DNA of 64,000 nt from the human T2T-CHM13v2.0 reference genome, Homo sapiens: assembly GCF_009914755.1 (NCBI RefSeq), contig NC_060935.1. One strand, 5' to 3'. Positions 46,669 to 59,699 of this stretch are shown here, in pieces. Below the pieces are notes generated by a model that made no database searches, was not told the DNA's origin, and saw nothing but the letters and a program-made list of their open reading frames with translations. Each line of letters begins with the position of its first letter. The stretch's first letter is position 1. The translations under genes were made by a program, and so were the position numbers.

Positions 46669-48817
46669 TATATATAGTCATTTTTGGGAGATGTAATCTG
46701 AAATAAACACTCAGCACCCAGCATCTAGCGGGTCTTTGATGATTACTTGTTGCTCGTTTGTTGTTTTACTGACTTTGTGGCTTAATAATAATGAAAGTGG
46801 TAGTAAAAATAGTAATGATAATAATAACTACAACAACTATTCATTAAGCTCTTATTACTCTGTGAAGGACTTGTTTTAAAATTTCCCTTTTGATTGAAGT
46901 GTAACTTGTTGCAATAAAGCTCACAAAACTTAAGTGTGTATCTCAATTAATTTTTATGTATGTTTAAAAACATGTAACCAAAGCTAGAGCCAGACATAGG
47001 ACATTTGCAATACCCCATAAGGTTCCTGTACACCTCCTCACTGCCAACCTCCCTTCCTCCTCCCAGGTAAACACTTTTCTCATTTCTCTCCCCATAGACT
47101 AGTTTGCCTGTTCTTGAACTTCATATAAATGAATCATAGTATATGAACTCTTTTTGTCTGGCTCCTCTACTGTGCAAAGTACTTTATGTTCATTATCTCA
47201 CTTAATTCCTGCGACAACCTTATGAGATAATCAACAATTCACGTGCTGGCTATATGCTGCCCAAGTGCATTTCGTTTAGTCTGCCCAATATTTTTAAATG
47301 TTTGAGTCTGACTACTTTTAGGATTAGAATTGAATGCAGTCTCTAGTACTTGTTATATTATAGCCAGGCAATGTTATTTACCTTACTTTCCTGGTACCTA
47401 CAGGCATTGGGTTTACATACTTTAAGGGGAGCATTATTATTGTCTCTAGCACCTGAAAAAATAGTTGTTCACCAGGGGTGAACCACTTGCATAAAACCTC
47501 ATATCACAGAAATGGCAGAAGTGGGATTTGAACTCAGGTCTGTCTTCCTACCGCACTCCTAAGTTGGGATCAGAAAAGACAAATTTGTCCCCAAATTCTA
47601 TCGCTTTGAAGTCTGAATGCCTTTGTCTGCACATCCTCCTCTGCAACTTCACACCTCTGCTTAGCCCAGGGGCAGTGCAGGGGCTGTTGCAGCCAGCCTC
47701 ACCCTGACTCCAGGCCAGCCTCTGATGCTCACCAAAACACCTCTGAACTCCCATCTGATCCTGCCAGTCCCAAACACATTCCTCGTTTCTTGCTTCTGTA
47801 TCTTTGCTCACACTGTTTTTTCCCGCCTGGCATGCCCAACCCTACTTAGTCATCCTTCAACGCTCAACTGAAAATGCTACTTTCTACTTGTTGCTCCCAC
47901 ATGCCCTGGCCAAACACTTCTTTTTCTTCTCAGGACACAAAGACTCAGTTTTTGAAATCTGTACGTCAATTACCAAATGATATATCAAATTAACCCCAAG
48001 TGACTTTTACGAATGTAACCAAAGTATCAGTCCCATAAAAGGCTATTTCATTTATTTAATCTCTGCTAAATGTATCACTACTTTTTAATTGATTCTTAAG
48101 GAAGAGAGATGAGAAGAATCTGTACTACCCCCACTGGGTTCCAAATGAACAAGCAGTCAGAAGTTTATTACTTCCAGATACCCCACTTACTTTCTAGATA
48201 TCCTATAGGGTTTCAATTCCATCACAGCAATGCTTACTGAGCATCCCTGGGCTTGATCATATAGCTTGGGTGTCTGGGAACAAAAAGATGAGGCTGCATC
48301 TCTGGGCTAGGATGGGTTGGAGTCTGGTTGAGGGTGCCTGTGGAGACAATGGCAGGGTGGAGTGGCAGCTGGTTTGCGGGTATCTGGGGATGCTATTAGA
48401 GTTCAGGGTTGTTGACTCCAGCCCTATCTCTTCTATTTTCGGATCTTGGGATAGTTATTTACTTCTCTGGGCTTCAGTTTCCTTATTTGAAAAATGCATA
48501 TTCCAGGTAACTTTATGAGTTTTTGGACCTCGGGCAAATATAATTGGATTTTTCTTATCATCCATGCTTTGAAAATTGGCTCAGAAGTTTGAGATGCAAA
48601 ATTATATTTTCTTATAGCAGTATTCAGATAATAAAAGTAATAGATGTTATCTTCTATTGGACATTTACTATGTGCCAACCCTGTGCCAGGCAGGCTTATT
48701 ATATGCATTATCTCATTTATTCTCATTACGACCACGGTCATCACCACTTGACAGAGGAGGAGAAAGCTCAAAGAGGCACTGATTTGCTTGATGTCACATG
48801 GTTGGTGAGCTACTAAG

Positions 48818-49119
48818 TTTTTTTTTTTTTGAGATAGGTTCTTACTCTTTCACCTAGGCTGGAGTGCAGTGGTGTGATCATGGCTCACTATAGCGTCAAA
48901 CTCCCAGGTTCAAGGGCTCCTGCCACCTCAGCTGCCCAAGTAGCTGGGGCTAGAGGTACATACCACCAGGCCCAGCTAATTTTTGTACTTTTTTTTTTTT
49001 ATAGAGACTGGGTTTCACTATGTTGACCAGGCTGGTCTTGAACTCCTGGGCTCAAGCGATCTGCCCACCTTGGTCTCCCAAAGTGCTGGAATTAGAGGTG
49101 GGAGCCACTGCTCCCGGTC
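48818..49119 (-). mobile_element. AluJ
   Basis: Antisense dimer with J-type GAACTCCTGGGCTCAAGCGATC. Confidence 0.9.
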
Positions 49120-49573
49120 AAGTTACTGACATTTGACTGGGCAAATGATTGGTAAAATAATGGGTGTCATATCTATTTCCTGTTTCTGCTCAGCATCTCC
49201 CCCTTGCTCCTTTGCCTGTTGATAGCAAATCTAGCCTATTTGATCAAAGGCAAAGTCAATCATAGTGCTCCATGCTGCTGACCTCGGGCTTGGCCTAGGA
49301 GGGTGCACATGGTATAAACTAGGCAAATTAGAGTCCTTCCTGGGATCTTTCAGATTAAAGCCCGAGGGAGAGTGCTCCTCTTGCTTGGATCATGGCTTCA
49401 GGGGAGGGGCTATAGATGGTCATGTTGTCTCTTACGATTTAGGGAAAAGAGCAGAGGTGGAGTGAGAGTGAGAGAGAGAGAGAGAGAGAGAAAGTCAATC
49501 CTGAGTAATGGTGTCCCTGGTTCAGCTCCTGTGCTGGCCCCTGGAATATGCTGCAGACACTGTCCTTTGAAAT

Positions 49574-49941
49574 TGTAGGAGTCAGCTAGGGCTGCCATAA
49601 TAACAAAATATCACAGGCTGGTGTCTTAAACAACAGAAATGTATTTTCTCACAATTCTGGAGACTGGAAAGCCTAAGATCCGGGTGCCAGCATGGTTGAT
49701 TTCTGGTGAGGGCTCTCTTCCTGGCTTGCAGACAACTACCTTCTCTCTGTGTGCCCACATGGTGGAGAGAGAGGGCTCTGATGTCTTTTCTGCCCCATAT
49801 AAGGACACCAGCTTTCTTGGATTAGGGCGCCAATCTCATGACTTTATTTAATCTTTACTACTTCACAGACCCCATCTTCAAATCGAGTCACGGTAGGGGT
49901 TAGGGCTTCAACGTATGACTTGGGGTGGGGTGGTGGAGGAC
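49574..49941 (-). mobile_element. MLT1A0-like LTR
   Basis: AGGGCTGCCATAATAACAAAATATCACAGGCTGG...TCTCACAATTCTGGAGACTGGAAAGCC...GGTGAGGGCTCTCTTCCTGGCTTGCAGA. Confidence 0.82.
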
Positions 49942-49959
49942 AGAAACTTTCAGTCTGTA

Positions 49960-50345
49960 ACGGGATGAAGGGCTATTTACTTCAAGCTGCTGGGAGCTGC
50001 TGGCAGGAAGCCCTGAGCTGCCCGTCTCCTATGGTAACTCAGCTGAGGAGAGCTGCCTTGTCTAAGGTCACACCCTCCTTTATGGTGTGGGGTATACAGA
50101 CCTGGCATTCCTGCCTCAACTCAGGGCAGCCAACCAACATGGGGAGATGAAAACTTGGCACCATCACCCCAGCTTCAGAACTCCCCTGGGGTAGGTGGGG
50201 ACTCTGCTGAGTGATGCAATTTCACACCTCAAGTCCTCCCTTCGCCTAACCCTGCTTCCTTCCTTTCTGCAGGCTCTCCTTAATGAGCTAACGTCCTCCA
50301 CAGGAATGTTCGTCTGCGGGGTTGCTTCCTGGGAACCAGCCTGTC
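49960..50345 (+). mobile_element. LTR16-like ERVL LTR remnant
   Basis: CCCAGCTTCAGAACTCCCCTGGGG...CCTGCTTCCTTCC...GCTTCCTGGGAACC resembles LTR16. Confidence 0.45.
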
Positions 50346-50622
50346 CCGGGGTTCCTGAAGCTGCTCTGCTTCTTCATCGTCCCCTTCAGTTCTCTGAGCC
50401 ACTCCAGCAATATATTCTCATTTTTTGTTAGACGTCTTTTGAGTTTAAATTTTGTCACTTCTAAACACTTCTGAAAGATTCCTGATGACTTCAGTGAGGA
50501 AACTGCTGCCTCTCTCACTCTAGCAGGGCCCACTGAAGAGGGCTAGTGGGATCTGGGAGTGATGGGTGAGGAAGACAGTGCCATGAGTAGATGGCCTGGT
50601 GGCAGCAGTACCAGTGGGAGTC

Positions 50623-51652
50623 AAGCTGCTGCCCAGTACATGGGATTGAGCTGCCCAGTGCATGGGGTAGAGCTGCCCGGTGCATGGGGTTGAGCTGCCC
50701 AGTGCATGGGGTAGAGCTTCCCAGTGCATGAGGTAGAGCTTCCCGGTGCATGGAGGAGAGCTTCCCAGTGCTTGGGGTAGAGCTTCCCAGTGCTTGGGGT
50801 AGAGCTTCCCAGTGCATGGAGTAGAGCTTCCTAGTGCATGGGGGTAGAGCTTCCCGGTGCATGGGGTAGAGCTTCCCAGTGCTTGGGGTAGAGTTTCCCA
50901 GTGCATGGAGTAGAGCTTTCCGGTGCATGAGGTAGAGCTTCCCGGTGCATGGAGTAGAGCTTCCCGGTGCTTGGGGTAGAGTTTCCTGGTGCATGGTGTA
51001 GAGCTTCCCAGTGCATGGGGTAGAGCTTCCCAGTGCATGGGGTAGAGCTTCCCAGTAAGTGTGGTAGAGCTTCCCGGTGCATGGGGTAGAGCTTCCCAGT
51101 GCTTGGGGTAGAGTTTCCCAGTGCTTGGGGTAGAGTTTCCCAGTGCATGGAGTAGAGCTTCCCAGTGCATGAGGTAGAGCTTCCCGGTGCATGGAGTAGA
51201 GCTTCCCGGTGCTTGGGGTAGAGTTTCCCGGTGCATGGAGTAGAGCTTCCCAGTGCATGGGGTAGAGCTTCCCAGTACATGTGGTAGAGCTTCCTGGTGC
51301 GTGGGGTAGAGCTGGCTGGTGCATAGGGTAGAGCCTCCTGGTGTATGGGGTAGAGCTTCCTAGTGCATGGGATAGAGCTGCCCAGTGCATGGGGTAGAGC
51401 TTCCCGGTGCATGGGGTAGAGCTGCCCAGTGCATGGGGTAGAGCTGGCTGGTGCATAGGGTAGAGCCTCCCGGTGTATGGGGTAGAGCTTCCTAGTGCAT
51501 GGGATAGAGCTGCCCAGTGCATGGGGTAGAGCTTCCCGGTGCATGGGGTAGAGCTGCCCAGTGCATGGGGTAGAGCTTCCCAGTACATGGGGTTGAGCTG
51601 CCCAGTGCACGGGGTTGAGCTGCCCAGTGCACAGGGCTGAGCTGCCTAGCAT
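50623..51652. repeat. Minisatellite, 22-bp unit GAGCTTCCCAGTGCATGGGGTA, ~47 copies
   Basis: Period 22 is directly visible; variant units; a 132-bp (6-unit) block is duplicated at 51309 and 51441. Confidence 0.97.
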
Positions 51653-52037
51653 GTGGAGTCTCAGTTGCTAGTTTCTATGAACAGCACTTGTCTGAAGCTC
51701 TGTGCCGCCGAGTCCAACCTGCCCCATCTTCTACTTCTCTCTCTTCATACCTCACCTTGCCCCTCCTTTGGCTCTGGGATACTTCCTTGTCTTTGCCTTT
51801 CTTCTCCCTCTTTTTCAGCCTCGCATTTACCTACCCCTCACTTACATGTCAGTATTCTCCAGATTCTGCTTACAGACCTCTTCTCTTCTTCTATTTATTC
51901 TCTCTGATTGAATTTCCCAGTGACTTCGATGCCACTTTTTGCTAATACTCCCAATTCTGTATCTCTAGCCTACATCTTCCCTGAATTCCTAAGCTATACA
52001 TCTTTGCTGCTGGGAGTTTCCACCTGGAATTGAATAG

Positions 52038-52450
52038 TGTTGTGGGTTGTATCATTTTCCCCAAAATATGTTGCAGTCTACCTCTCAGTACCTCAGAATG
52101 TGACTTCATTCAGAAATAGGGTCTTTACAGAAGCAATCAAATTATAAAAAGATTATTAAGGTGCACCCAATCCAATATGTGGGGTATTCTTATAAAAAAG
52201 GGGAAATTTGAACACAGACACAGACACACACACACACAGACACACGCATGCATCATGGAATATGAAAGCAGAGATTGGATGGTGTGGCAGGGTCCAAGGA
52301 ATGCCAAAAATTGTCAGCAAACCACCAGAAGCTAGGAGAGAGGTCTGGAACAGATTTCCCCTCACAGCACTCAACCAGCCCTGACAACACTGTGATCTGG
52401 GACTTCCAGCCCCCAGAACTGAGATAACACATTTCTGTTATCTCTGTTAT
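52038..52450 (+). mobile_element. MLT1B/C-like LTR
   Basis: CAGTACCTCAGAATGTGAC...AAATAGGGTCTTTACAGA...CCACCAGAAGCTAGGAGAGAGG...GGACTTCCAGCCCCCAGAACTGAGA. Confidence 0.8.
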
Positions 52451-53354
52451 TTCGCCTATAGAAAAGTAAAATGGTACTGTTAGTTTATTGTTTGTGAAGA
52501 TGCTGTTTAACCTGATAGTGGAAAAATAGTTACTAATGTTTACCTGTGTATAATGTACACATTTGTATCAGTCAGGAAAACTGCTTAAGGCATTACATGC
52601 AGGAAGAAAGTAATACAGAAAACTTGATGTTTAGAACATATTTGAAAGAGCTGGAAGAGTGAAGATCAGGAAAAACTGCTGATGGCCTCAGAAAATCAAA
52701 AAGTTGCTAAAAAAACTCTCCACCAATGATTTCAGCTGCCTGAAGTACTGATGTGGGTGATTCCTAGGAGGACCTATGGAAACCACTTGTAAAATCTTCT
52801 GCCCTCCAATGTCTGAGTACTAATAATGGCTTGTTCCTCTTCCACCTTCCAAATCTCATGAGAATGCTTCTTACTGGTGGAATAAAAATCAGAACCCTGC
52901 TGGCAGAGGAATCTGGGAAAATGTAGTCTTTGGTTTCCAGCTCCTGGTGACACTAGAAGAGCTAAAAAGAGCTGGCATCGTTCTGAGTGCTAATAGTCAG
53001 TACACAGCACAAAATGCCTTTGGAGGTTTTAAGGGGATAACATTTATGAATTTTCTTTGAAAAGTAAACTGTGCCATGCAAATACAAGATGTTTTATAGA
53101 TGGAGAGGGTTTATAATCTTAGAACATTTTAATAAAACAATTCATTATTTATGAGTAAAAAATCCAGACACTGGCACACTCCAGAGCTATTGCAGGTTCA
53201 GTTCCAGACCACTGCAATAAAGTGGATATTTTGATAAAATGAGTCACACAATGTTTTTTGGTTTCCTCGTGCATATAAAAATTATGTTTACACTATACTG
53301 TAGTCTATTAAGTATGCAACAGCATTAGGTCTAAAAAGCAGTGTATGTACCTTA

Positions 53355-53555
<201 letters not shown>

Positions 53556-54354
53556 CTACGAAAAACCTCCCCCAAAATACAAACAAATGAAAAACATTTT
53601 TTGCTAAAACATGCTATCACCTGAGCCTCCCAGTTAGTTTTAGTCTTTTTGCTGGTGGTGGGGGTGTCTTGACTTGGTGTTGATATCTGTTGACTAATCA
53701 GGGTGGTGGTTGCTGAAAGCTGGGGTAACTGTGGCAGTTTCTTGAACTCAGACAACACTGAAAGATTTCTCTGTAGCATGTGATGCTGTTTGATAGCATT
53801 TTACCCACAGTAGAACTTGTTTCAAAATTGGAGTCAATTCTCCCAAACCCTGCTGCTGCTTTATCAACTAAGCTTATGTAATATTCTAAATCCTTTTTTG
53901 TCATTTCAACAATGTTCACCAGGAGTAACTTCCATCTCGAAAGACCTCTTTCTTTGCTCATCCACAGGGAGCAACTAGTTATCCATTCAAGTTTTAAGTT
54001 TTATTATGAGATTGCAGCAATTTGGTCACATCTACAGGCTCCACTTCCAATTCTAGTTCTTTTGCTCTTTCTACTGCCTGTGCAGTTCCTTCCTCCACTG
54101 AAGTCTTGAATGCCACAGAGTCATCCCTGAAGGTTGGAGTCAGCTCCTTCCAAACTCTTTGTAATGTTGATATTTTGGCTTCCTCCCATGAATCATAAAT
54201 GTTCTTAATGGCATCTAGAATGGTGAATCCTTTCCAGAAGGTTTTCCATTGACTTTGCCCAGCTCCATGAGAGAAATCATTATGTATGGCAGCTATAGCC
54301 TTATGAAATGTGTTTCTTAAATTATAAGACTTGAAAGTCAAAATTGCTCCTTGA

Positions 54355-54597
54355 GTCCGGGCGTGGTGGCTCACGCCTGTAATCTCAGCACTTTGGGAGC
54401 CTGAGGCAGGTAAATCACCTGAGGTCAGGAGTTTGAGATCAGCCTGGCCAACCTGGTGAAACCCCATCTCTACTAAAAATACAAAAAAATTAGCTGGGCA
54501 TGGTGGCAGACGTGGAGGTTGCAGTGAGCCGAAATCATGCCATTGCACTCCAGCCTGGGCAACAAGAGCAAAACTCTGTCTCAAAAAAAAAAAAAAA
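54355..54597 (+). mobile_element. AluS with ~60-bp internal deletion in the right arm
   Basis: GGCATGGTGGCAGA is joined to CGTGGAGGTTGCAGTG; TSD approximately AAAAT.CTCCTTGA. Confidence 0.88.
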
Positions 54598-54890
54598 TAC
54601 TCCTTGATCCATGGGCTGCAGAATGAATGTGTTAGCAGGCATGAAAACAACATTCATCTTTTTCTTTTTGTACATCTCCCTCAGAGTTCTTGGGTAGTCA
54701 GGTGTGTTGTCAATGAGCAGGAATATTTTCAAAGGGATCTTTTCTTCTATGTAGCAGGTCTCAACAGTGGGCTTAAAATATTCAGTAAATCATGCCATAA
54801 ATAGATGTGCTGTCATCAGGCTCTGTTTTTCCATTTATAGAGCACAGGCAGAGTAGATTCAGCGTAACTTTGTTTTTCATGAATGATTTC

Positions 54891-55225
54891 TTTTTTCTTT
54901 TTTTTTATTGACACGATACTTGTACATATTTACAGGATACAGAGTGAAATTTTGATAAATGCATACAATGTGTAATGACCAAATCAGTGTAATTAGCTTA
55001 TCCACTACCTCAAACATTTATCATTTCTTTGTGTTGTTCAAAATCCTCTCTTCTAGCTTTTGATAACTTATTGTTAACCATATTTACGCTGCAGTGCTAT
55101 AGACACTAGAACTCCTTCTATCTAGCTGTAATTTCATATCCATTAACCAGTCTCTCTATATCCTCCCTTCTTCCCTGTTCTTCCCAGCCTCTAATAAACA
55201 GAGTTCTACTTTTTACGTCTATGAG
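54891..55225 (-). mobile_element. L1MA 3'-end fragment in Tigger1
   Basis: Poly-T then TACTTGTACATATTTACAGGATACAG...CAAATCAGTGTAATTAGC; flanked by GATT(C/T)AGC(G/A)TAA(C/T)T. Confidence 0.8.
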
Positions 55226-57559
55226 GATTTAGCATAATTCCCAAGGGCATTAGGATTTTCAGAATGGTGAATGAACTTTGTCTTCAACTTAAAGTTAACA
55301 GCTGCATTAGTCCCTAATAAGAGAGTTGGCCTGTCCTTTGAAGCTTTGAAGCCAGGCATTGACTTTCTCTAGCCATGAAAGTCCTAGATGGCATCTTTTC
55401 CCATCTGTTGAATCTACATTGAAAATCTGTTGTTTAGCTAGATCTTCTGGATAGCTTGCTTCATCTTTGCCATCAGCACTTGCTGCTTCACTTTGCACTT
55501 TTATGTTATGGAGATGGCCTCTTTCCTTAAACCTCAAGAGCCATGTGAAGCTAGCTCTGCTAGCTTCAAACTTTTCTTCTGTAGCTTCCTCACTTCTCTC
55601 AGCCTTCATAGAATTGAAGAGAGTTAGGGCTTTGCTCTGGATTTGGCTTTGGCTTAAGGGTATGTTGTGGCTGGTTTGATGTTCTATCCAGACCACTCAA
55701 ACTTTTCTATATCAGCAATAAGGCTTTCTCATCATTTGTGTGTTCACTGGAGTAGCGCTTTCAATTTTCTTTAACAATATATCCTTTGTATTTACAACTT
55801 GGCTACTTGTTTGGCAGAAGAGGCCCAGCTTTCAGCCTATCCCAGATTTCAACATGCCTTCCTCACTAAGCTTAATCATTTCTAGCTTTTGATTTAAAGT
55901 GAGAGACATGCAACTCTTCTTTTCACTTGAACACATAGAGTCCATTGTAGGATTACTAATTGGCCTAATATCAATATTGTTGTGTTTTAGGGAATAGGAA
56001 GGACCAAGGAGAGGGAGAGAGACAAGAAAACAGTTGGTTAGTGGAGCAGTCAGAACCGACATGACATTTACCAATTAAGTTCGTCATCTTATATGGGCAT
56101 GGTTCATAGTGTCCCCAAACAATTACAATAACATTGAAGATCACTGATCACAGATCACCATAACAGACATAATCATAATGAAAATATTTGAAATATTACA
56201 AGAATTACCCAAATGTGGCACAGAGACATGAAGTGAACACATGCTGTTGGAGAAATGGCACCAATAGACTTGCCACAGACCTTTGATTTGTAAAAACACA
56301 ATATATGCCAAGTACATGAAAGCAAAGCCCAATAAAATAAAGTATATAATTATTTTTTATAATTGGCACTAAACTATTTTTGTGTTCATTTTCTGAATAA
56401 TTATTTCAAAACTCTGGTTTTAAGTGAGTGAATATGTTTATGCACATCTGTCAATGAGTTCCCATTCGTCCTGTGATGAGTTTGTATGTGCAATTTTATG
56501 CCTTCTCTGTGTTTGTATGTGAGTCTATGGGTGAGGAGGCCTCTGTCTGTGTGTATGCATGTAGCCCTGGGCTTAGGCTGGGGAGTGTGCTCAAAAATCG
56601 ATTCTATTAGCAAATCTGTCCTAGCTATTCCTGCAGCACCTTCAGAATCCAGACAAGACCCCTTCACCTCCCTCCTGCTTCCTCTTGTTCTCTTTCTCCT
56701 ACATCCAGTTCTATATCCCAAACATCTATGTCCTTCTAGAATGACCTCTGCATCCACTGCCTCTCCTCTTGTGCAGGCTTCATCATCTCTCTCTTGGGTG
56801 ATTGCAACAGCCTCTTCCCTATCACTTTTCCTCCCACCTCCAAACCTGCTCTTTTATTTCTGAGAAAAGTCATCTTTCCTGTGTATAAACTGAATGCCTA
56901 TTTTATTAATTGCCATTGCTCACTGGATGTAGAAATTAGTCCAGAAGTCAAATGGCTTCAACTAGAATCCCCATTATTACATTACTACAGTGAACAGAAA
57001 CTTGCAATTCAAGCCTCATTATTAGATTAGCTGCCAGTTGAGGAGGGTTATGCCAACCTGATTTGAGTCTTGACAAAGTGATTTGAGCCTTAGTTGCAGG
57101 AGGTGAGGCATCAAGACTTCAAATCTGGTCTTGTCCCTGTTCACTATCCTGGTGGTAGCCCCTACGGGAAGGCACTGAACACTCTGGATGGCAAGGTGGC
57201 CCTTCAGTAGCTGGTACTGAGCCAGGCTCCACAGGAGGACAGGCCTCCTGATTAGAGAACTTTTTTTCTGCTTTGGACTGGTCTTGACTTTTTTGGCTTT
57301 GTGACTGTATCTGGAGAGGGCCTTACAGAAAATGAATTCATCCTCCCAGAGCTGGAGGAAGTTATCATATTTTTGAGGCAGCTTCTAAATCATTCCAAAT
57401 CACCAGAAAAGCAATTATGTCCCACCACTTCTGCAAAGGTCTTGCTTCTTCCTTTCTTCCTTCCTTCCCTTTCCACCATTCTCTTAACTGTGAATCACCT
57501 CCATGAGGTCAATCTGTCTGGTGTGATCTTCACTTTATCTCTGGTACAGAGAGCCTGGT

Positions 57560-57965
57560 ACAGAACTGACATTCAGTAGATTTTGTCCCGGTATGAACAT
57601 GCCAGGCACTGTGCTGATATTGTGATAAAAGGTGAATCAGACACAGATCCTGCCCTTGAGGAGGACAGAGACAAGGAAACAAACAATTAAAATGCAGCAA
57701 GGTAAGGGCAATGTGAGAGGCGAACGCAGTGCAGTAAGGGAGCTGAGAGGAGTGGAATCAGACTCTCCTGCAGTCAGCAATTATTTCTTGGAAGAGGAGA
57801 CAACCAAGCTGAGTCTTAAAGGTTGCAGGAGTTTTCTAGGTAGAAACATGGGGAAGGGAGAGAGAATTCTAGGTAGAGAGACCAGCTTGTTCAAAGGCAT
57901 GCAAGAGGCAGGAAGTACCATGATGTGTGCAGGGAACTGCAAAATGTCTGGAGTGGCCGGAACAT
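57560..57965 (-). mobile_element. L2 fragment
   Basis: GCCAGGCACTGTGCT...CAGACACAGATCCTGCCCTTGAGG...CAAGCTGAGTCTTAAAGG...CTTGTTCAAAGGCATG. Confidence 0.65.
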
Positions 57966-58020
57966 AGGGGATGAGGAGGCCAGTGGTGAAGCCTTGGGTC
58001 AGAGAGTCTGTTCCTATGGG

Positions 58021-58197
58021 CAGGGCTGCTATGTCTCACCATGTGGGCTGTTTACTTTATGAGGGTGCCCAGCCAAGGGGGTGAGTGGGGCTAAAATACA
58101 GCTCTGGCTCTGTGTGACAAGTGTGTGCTTGTGGTCACATCCTCCCAGAGGAGACTCTAATTTACACAAAGGCTCCTGTGGGCTAGCAGCGTCTTTG
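58021..58197 (+). mobile_element. MER91A-like hAT element
   Basis: CAGGGCTGCTATG...GGGGGTGAGTGGGGCTAAAATACAGC...CTAATTTACACAAAGGC...GGGCTAGCAGCG. Confidence 0.6.
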
Positions 58198-58242
58198 TGG
58201 AGGGCCTTGCAGGTCTTGCAAAGGCTGCATCTCTATGTAGGG

Positions 58243-58432
58243 CAGTGGTTCTCAAGCTTTTCTCATTAGAGTCTCCCGGAAGGCTGCTTAAAACACAGAT
58301 TGCCACAGGTCCTCCCTACCCTTAGGGTTTCTGGTTTGTAGGTCTTGGGTGAGGCATGAGATTTTGCATTTCTTTTATGTTCCCAGTGATGCTGATGCTG
58401 CTGGTTTGGGAACCACACTCTGATAATTACTC
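58243..58432 (+). mobile_element. MER5A
   Basis: CAGTGGTTCTCAAGCTTT...TTAAAACACAGATTGC...GATGCTGATGCTGCTGG...ACCACACTCTGA. Confidence 0.75.
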
Positions 58433-59193
58433 ATCTGGGTAACACGAAGCCACTGGAAAGGGTTAGATAGGAGAAGCAGAGCCAAGCCACAGGTAAAAGG
58501 GGTGTTTTCTAGGATTAAGGTTTCTGATAGCCCTTGTGAACAAGTTAGGGCAGCTGATATATGGAGAGTAGGTACACACTATCCCCCATCTTGTCCTGTC
58601 AGGTGAGGTTTAACAGCCCTATTCATTCAAGTGGGACTTCTATCCCAGGGTCTTCCAGTTTAAGGAGATTTTGCCCACAGATGATTTCAGGAATGGCTGT
58701 ATCATTACATGAAGCTCACTCTTGGAGCATTTAAATAGTGAGTTCCCAAATGATTTAAATGTTTGTTTGTGCTTTATTAATTACTCTCTTGAGAAGCTGG
58801 GGACAAGAGAAACCTAAAGCTACCAACTAAAAGATGAGTCACACATGGTGATAAAACTTCTTTGAAAACTCTTTTATCAGTTCAATAAATACCCGATTTC
58901 AAAATTGTAAGTGTGTGTGTGTGTGTGTGTGTGTTTGGAGAGGGAGGGGAGAAGGACATGGAGCCACAGAGTGTCAGGACCTCACACACATGAGCAAATG
59001 TTTGCTGAATGAGGGTGTGGCACGTGGATAGAGTATGGTGATGGGGAATCCAGGGATGGTCTGAATGAGGGAATCTGGGCTGACAGGAAATTTTCAGGTT
59101 ATATCTGGCTCTGGGCTAGGGTTTAGAATCTTGGCTTGAGAAGCCAAACCTTCCTGGAGCCCAGTCATCTTTTTGGACCCTGAGTATATTAAA

Positions 59194-59335
59194 CCCATTT
59201 ATGCCTAGTGTTCCATTATTGGAACGCTAAGCATCTGGGAGTTATTTATATCCTACTGCTCAAGGTCATTGCCACAGCCTGATTTTTCACACATGTCTGT
59301 ACTTCAAAAAAATTGCAACCTCTGGCATTAATGGG
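59194..59335 (+). mobile_element. MER85 (non-autonomous piggyBac/PGBD3 MITE)
   Basis: CCCATTTATGCCTAGTGTTCCATTATTGGAACGCTAAGC...GGCATTAATGGG, 142 bp; TTAA on both sides, with one extra A on the left. Confidence 0.93.
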
Positions 59336-59699
59336 TTAATAGGATGTCCATGAGCATGGAGAGAGAATGGCTGTACCCTTTCTTCCCTTGGGGGCTCAGG
59401 CCCAGCTTGCCCTTAGGTTGGGGGCTGGAGCTCAGAGGTGGTAGGTGGTAAAGGGAGCCTATCTTTATTTTCTAGTTGGAATATAGTCTCCAGGATAAAC
59501 TAGCTTTGGGACAGAGGTGGGGAGAATGGGTGCCGGAAAAACATCCAACCTGGTTACGTTTTGCCTGTTCCTAGACTTAGCCCCAGCCTTTCCTGAGACC
59601 TGGGACAGGACAGAGGCTCCGGAATCTCTGCTACTCACTGATTGATGTTGTCCATTAGGGAGCCTCCTGCTGGCTGAAGGGCTGCCACCCCCAACTAGC

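Larger units (their letters stand above)
41871..46700 (-). mobile_element. MLT1G/H-type MaLR provirus (LTRs ~41871-42370 and ~45866-46700) with nested elements
   Basis: Two related LTRs starting T.T.T.AGTTATCT..TGCTG..AACAAATCACC.CAAAACTTA flank MLT1-internal-like sequence. Confidence 0.7.

Noticed and set aside
50515-51652. 357/273/238-aa ORFs as a protein-coding gene, or the array as CRISPR
   Set aside because: The ORFs follow from a stop-free 22-bp unit. There are no unique spacers or cas genes, and the DNA is primate.
52565-53010. Possible additional old LTR (also 49160-49560)
   Set aside because: LTR-like motifs are present but too diverged to assign family or boundaries by eye.
53698-56074. 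TIGD1-like domesticated transposase gene
   Set aside because: The frame is fragmented and interrupted by Alu and L1MA insertions; an ordinary Tigger1 fossil.
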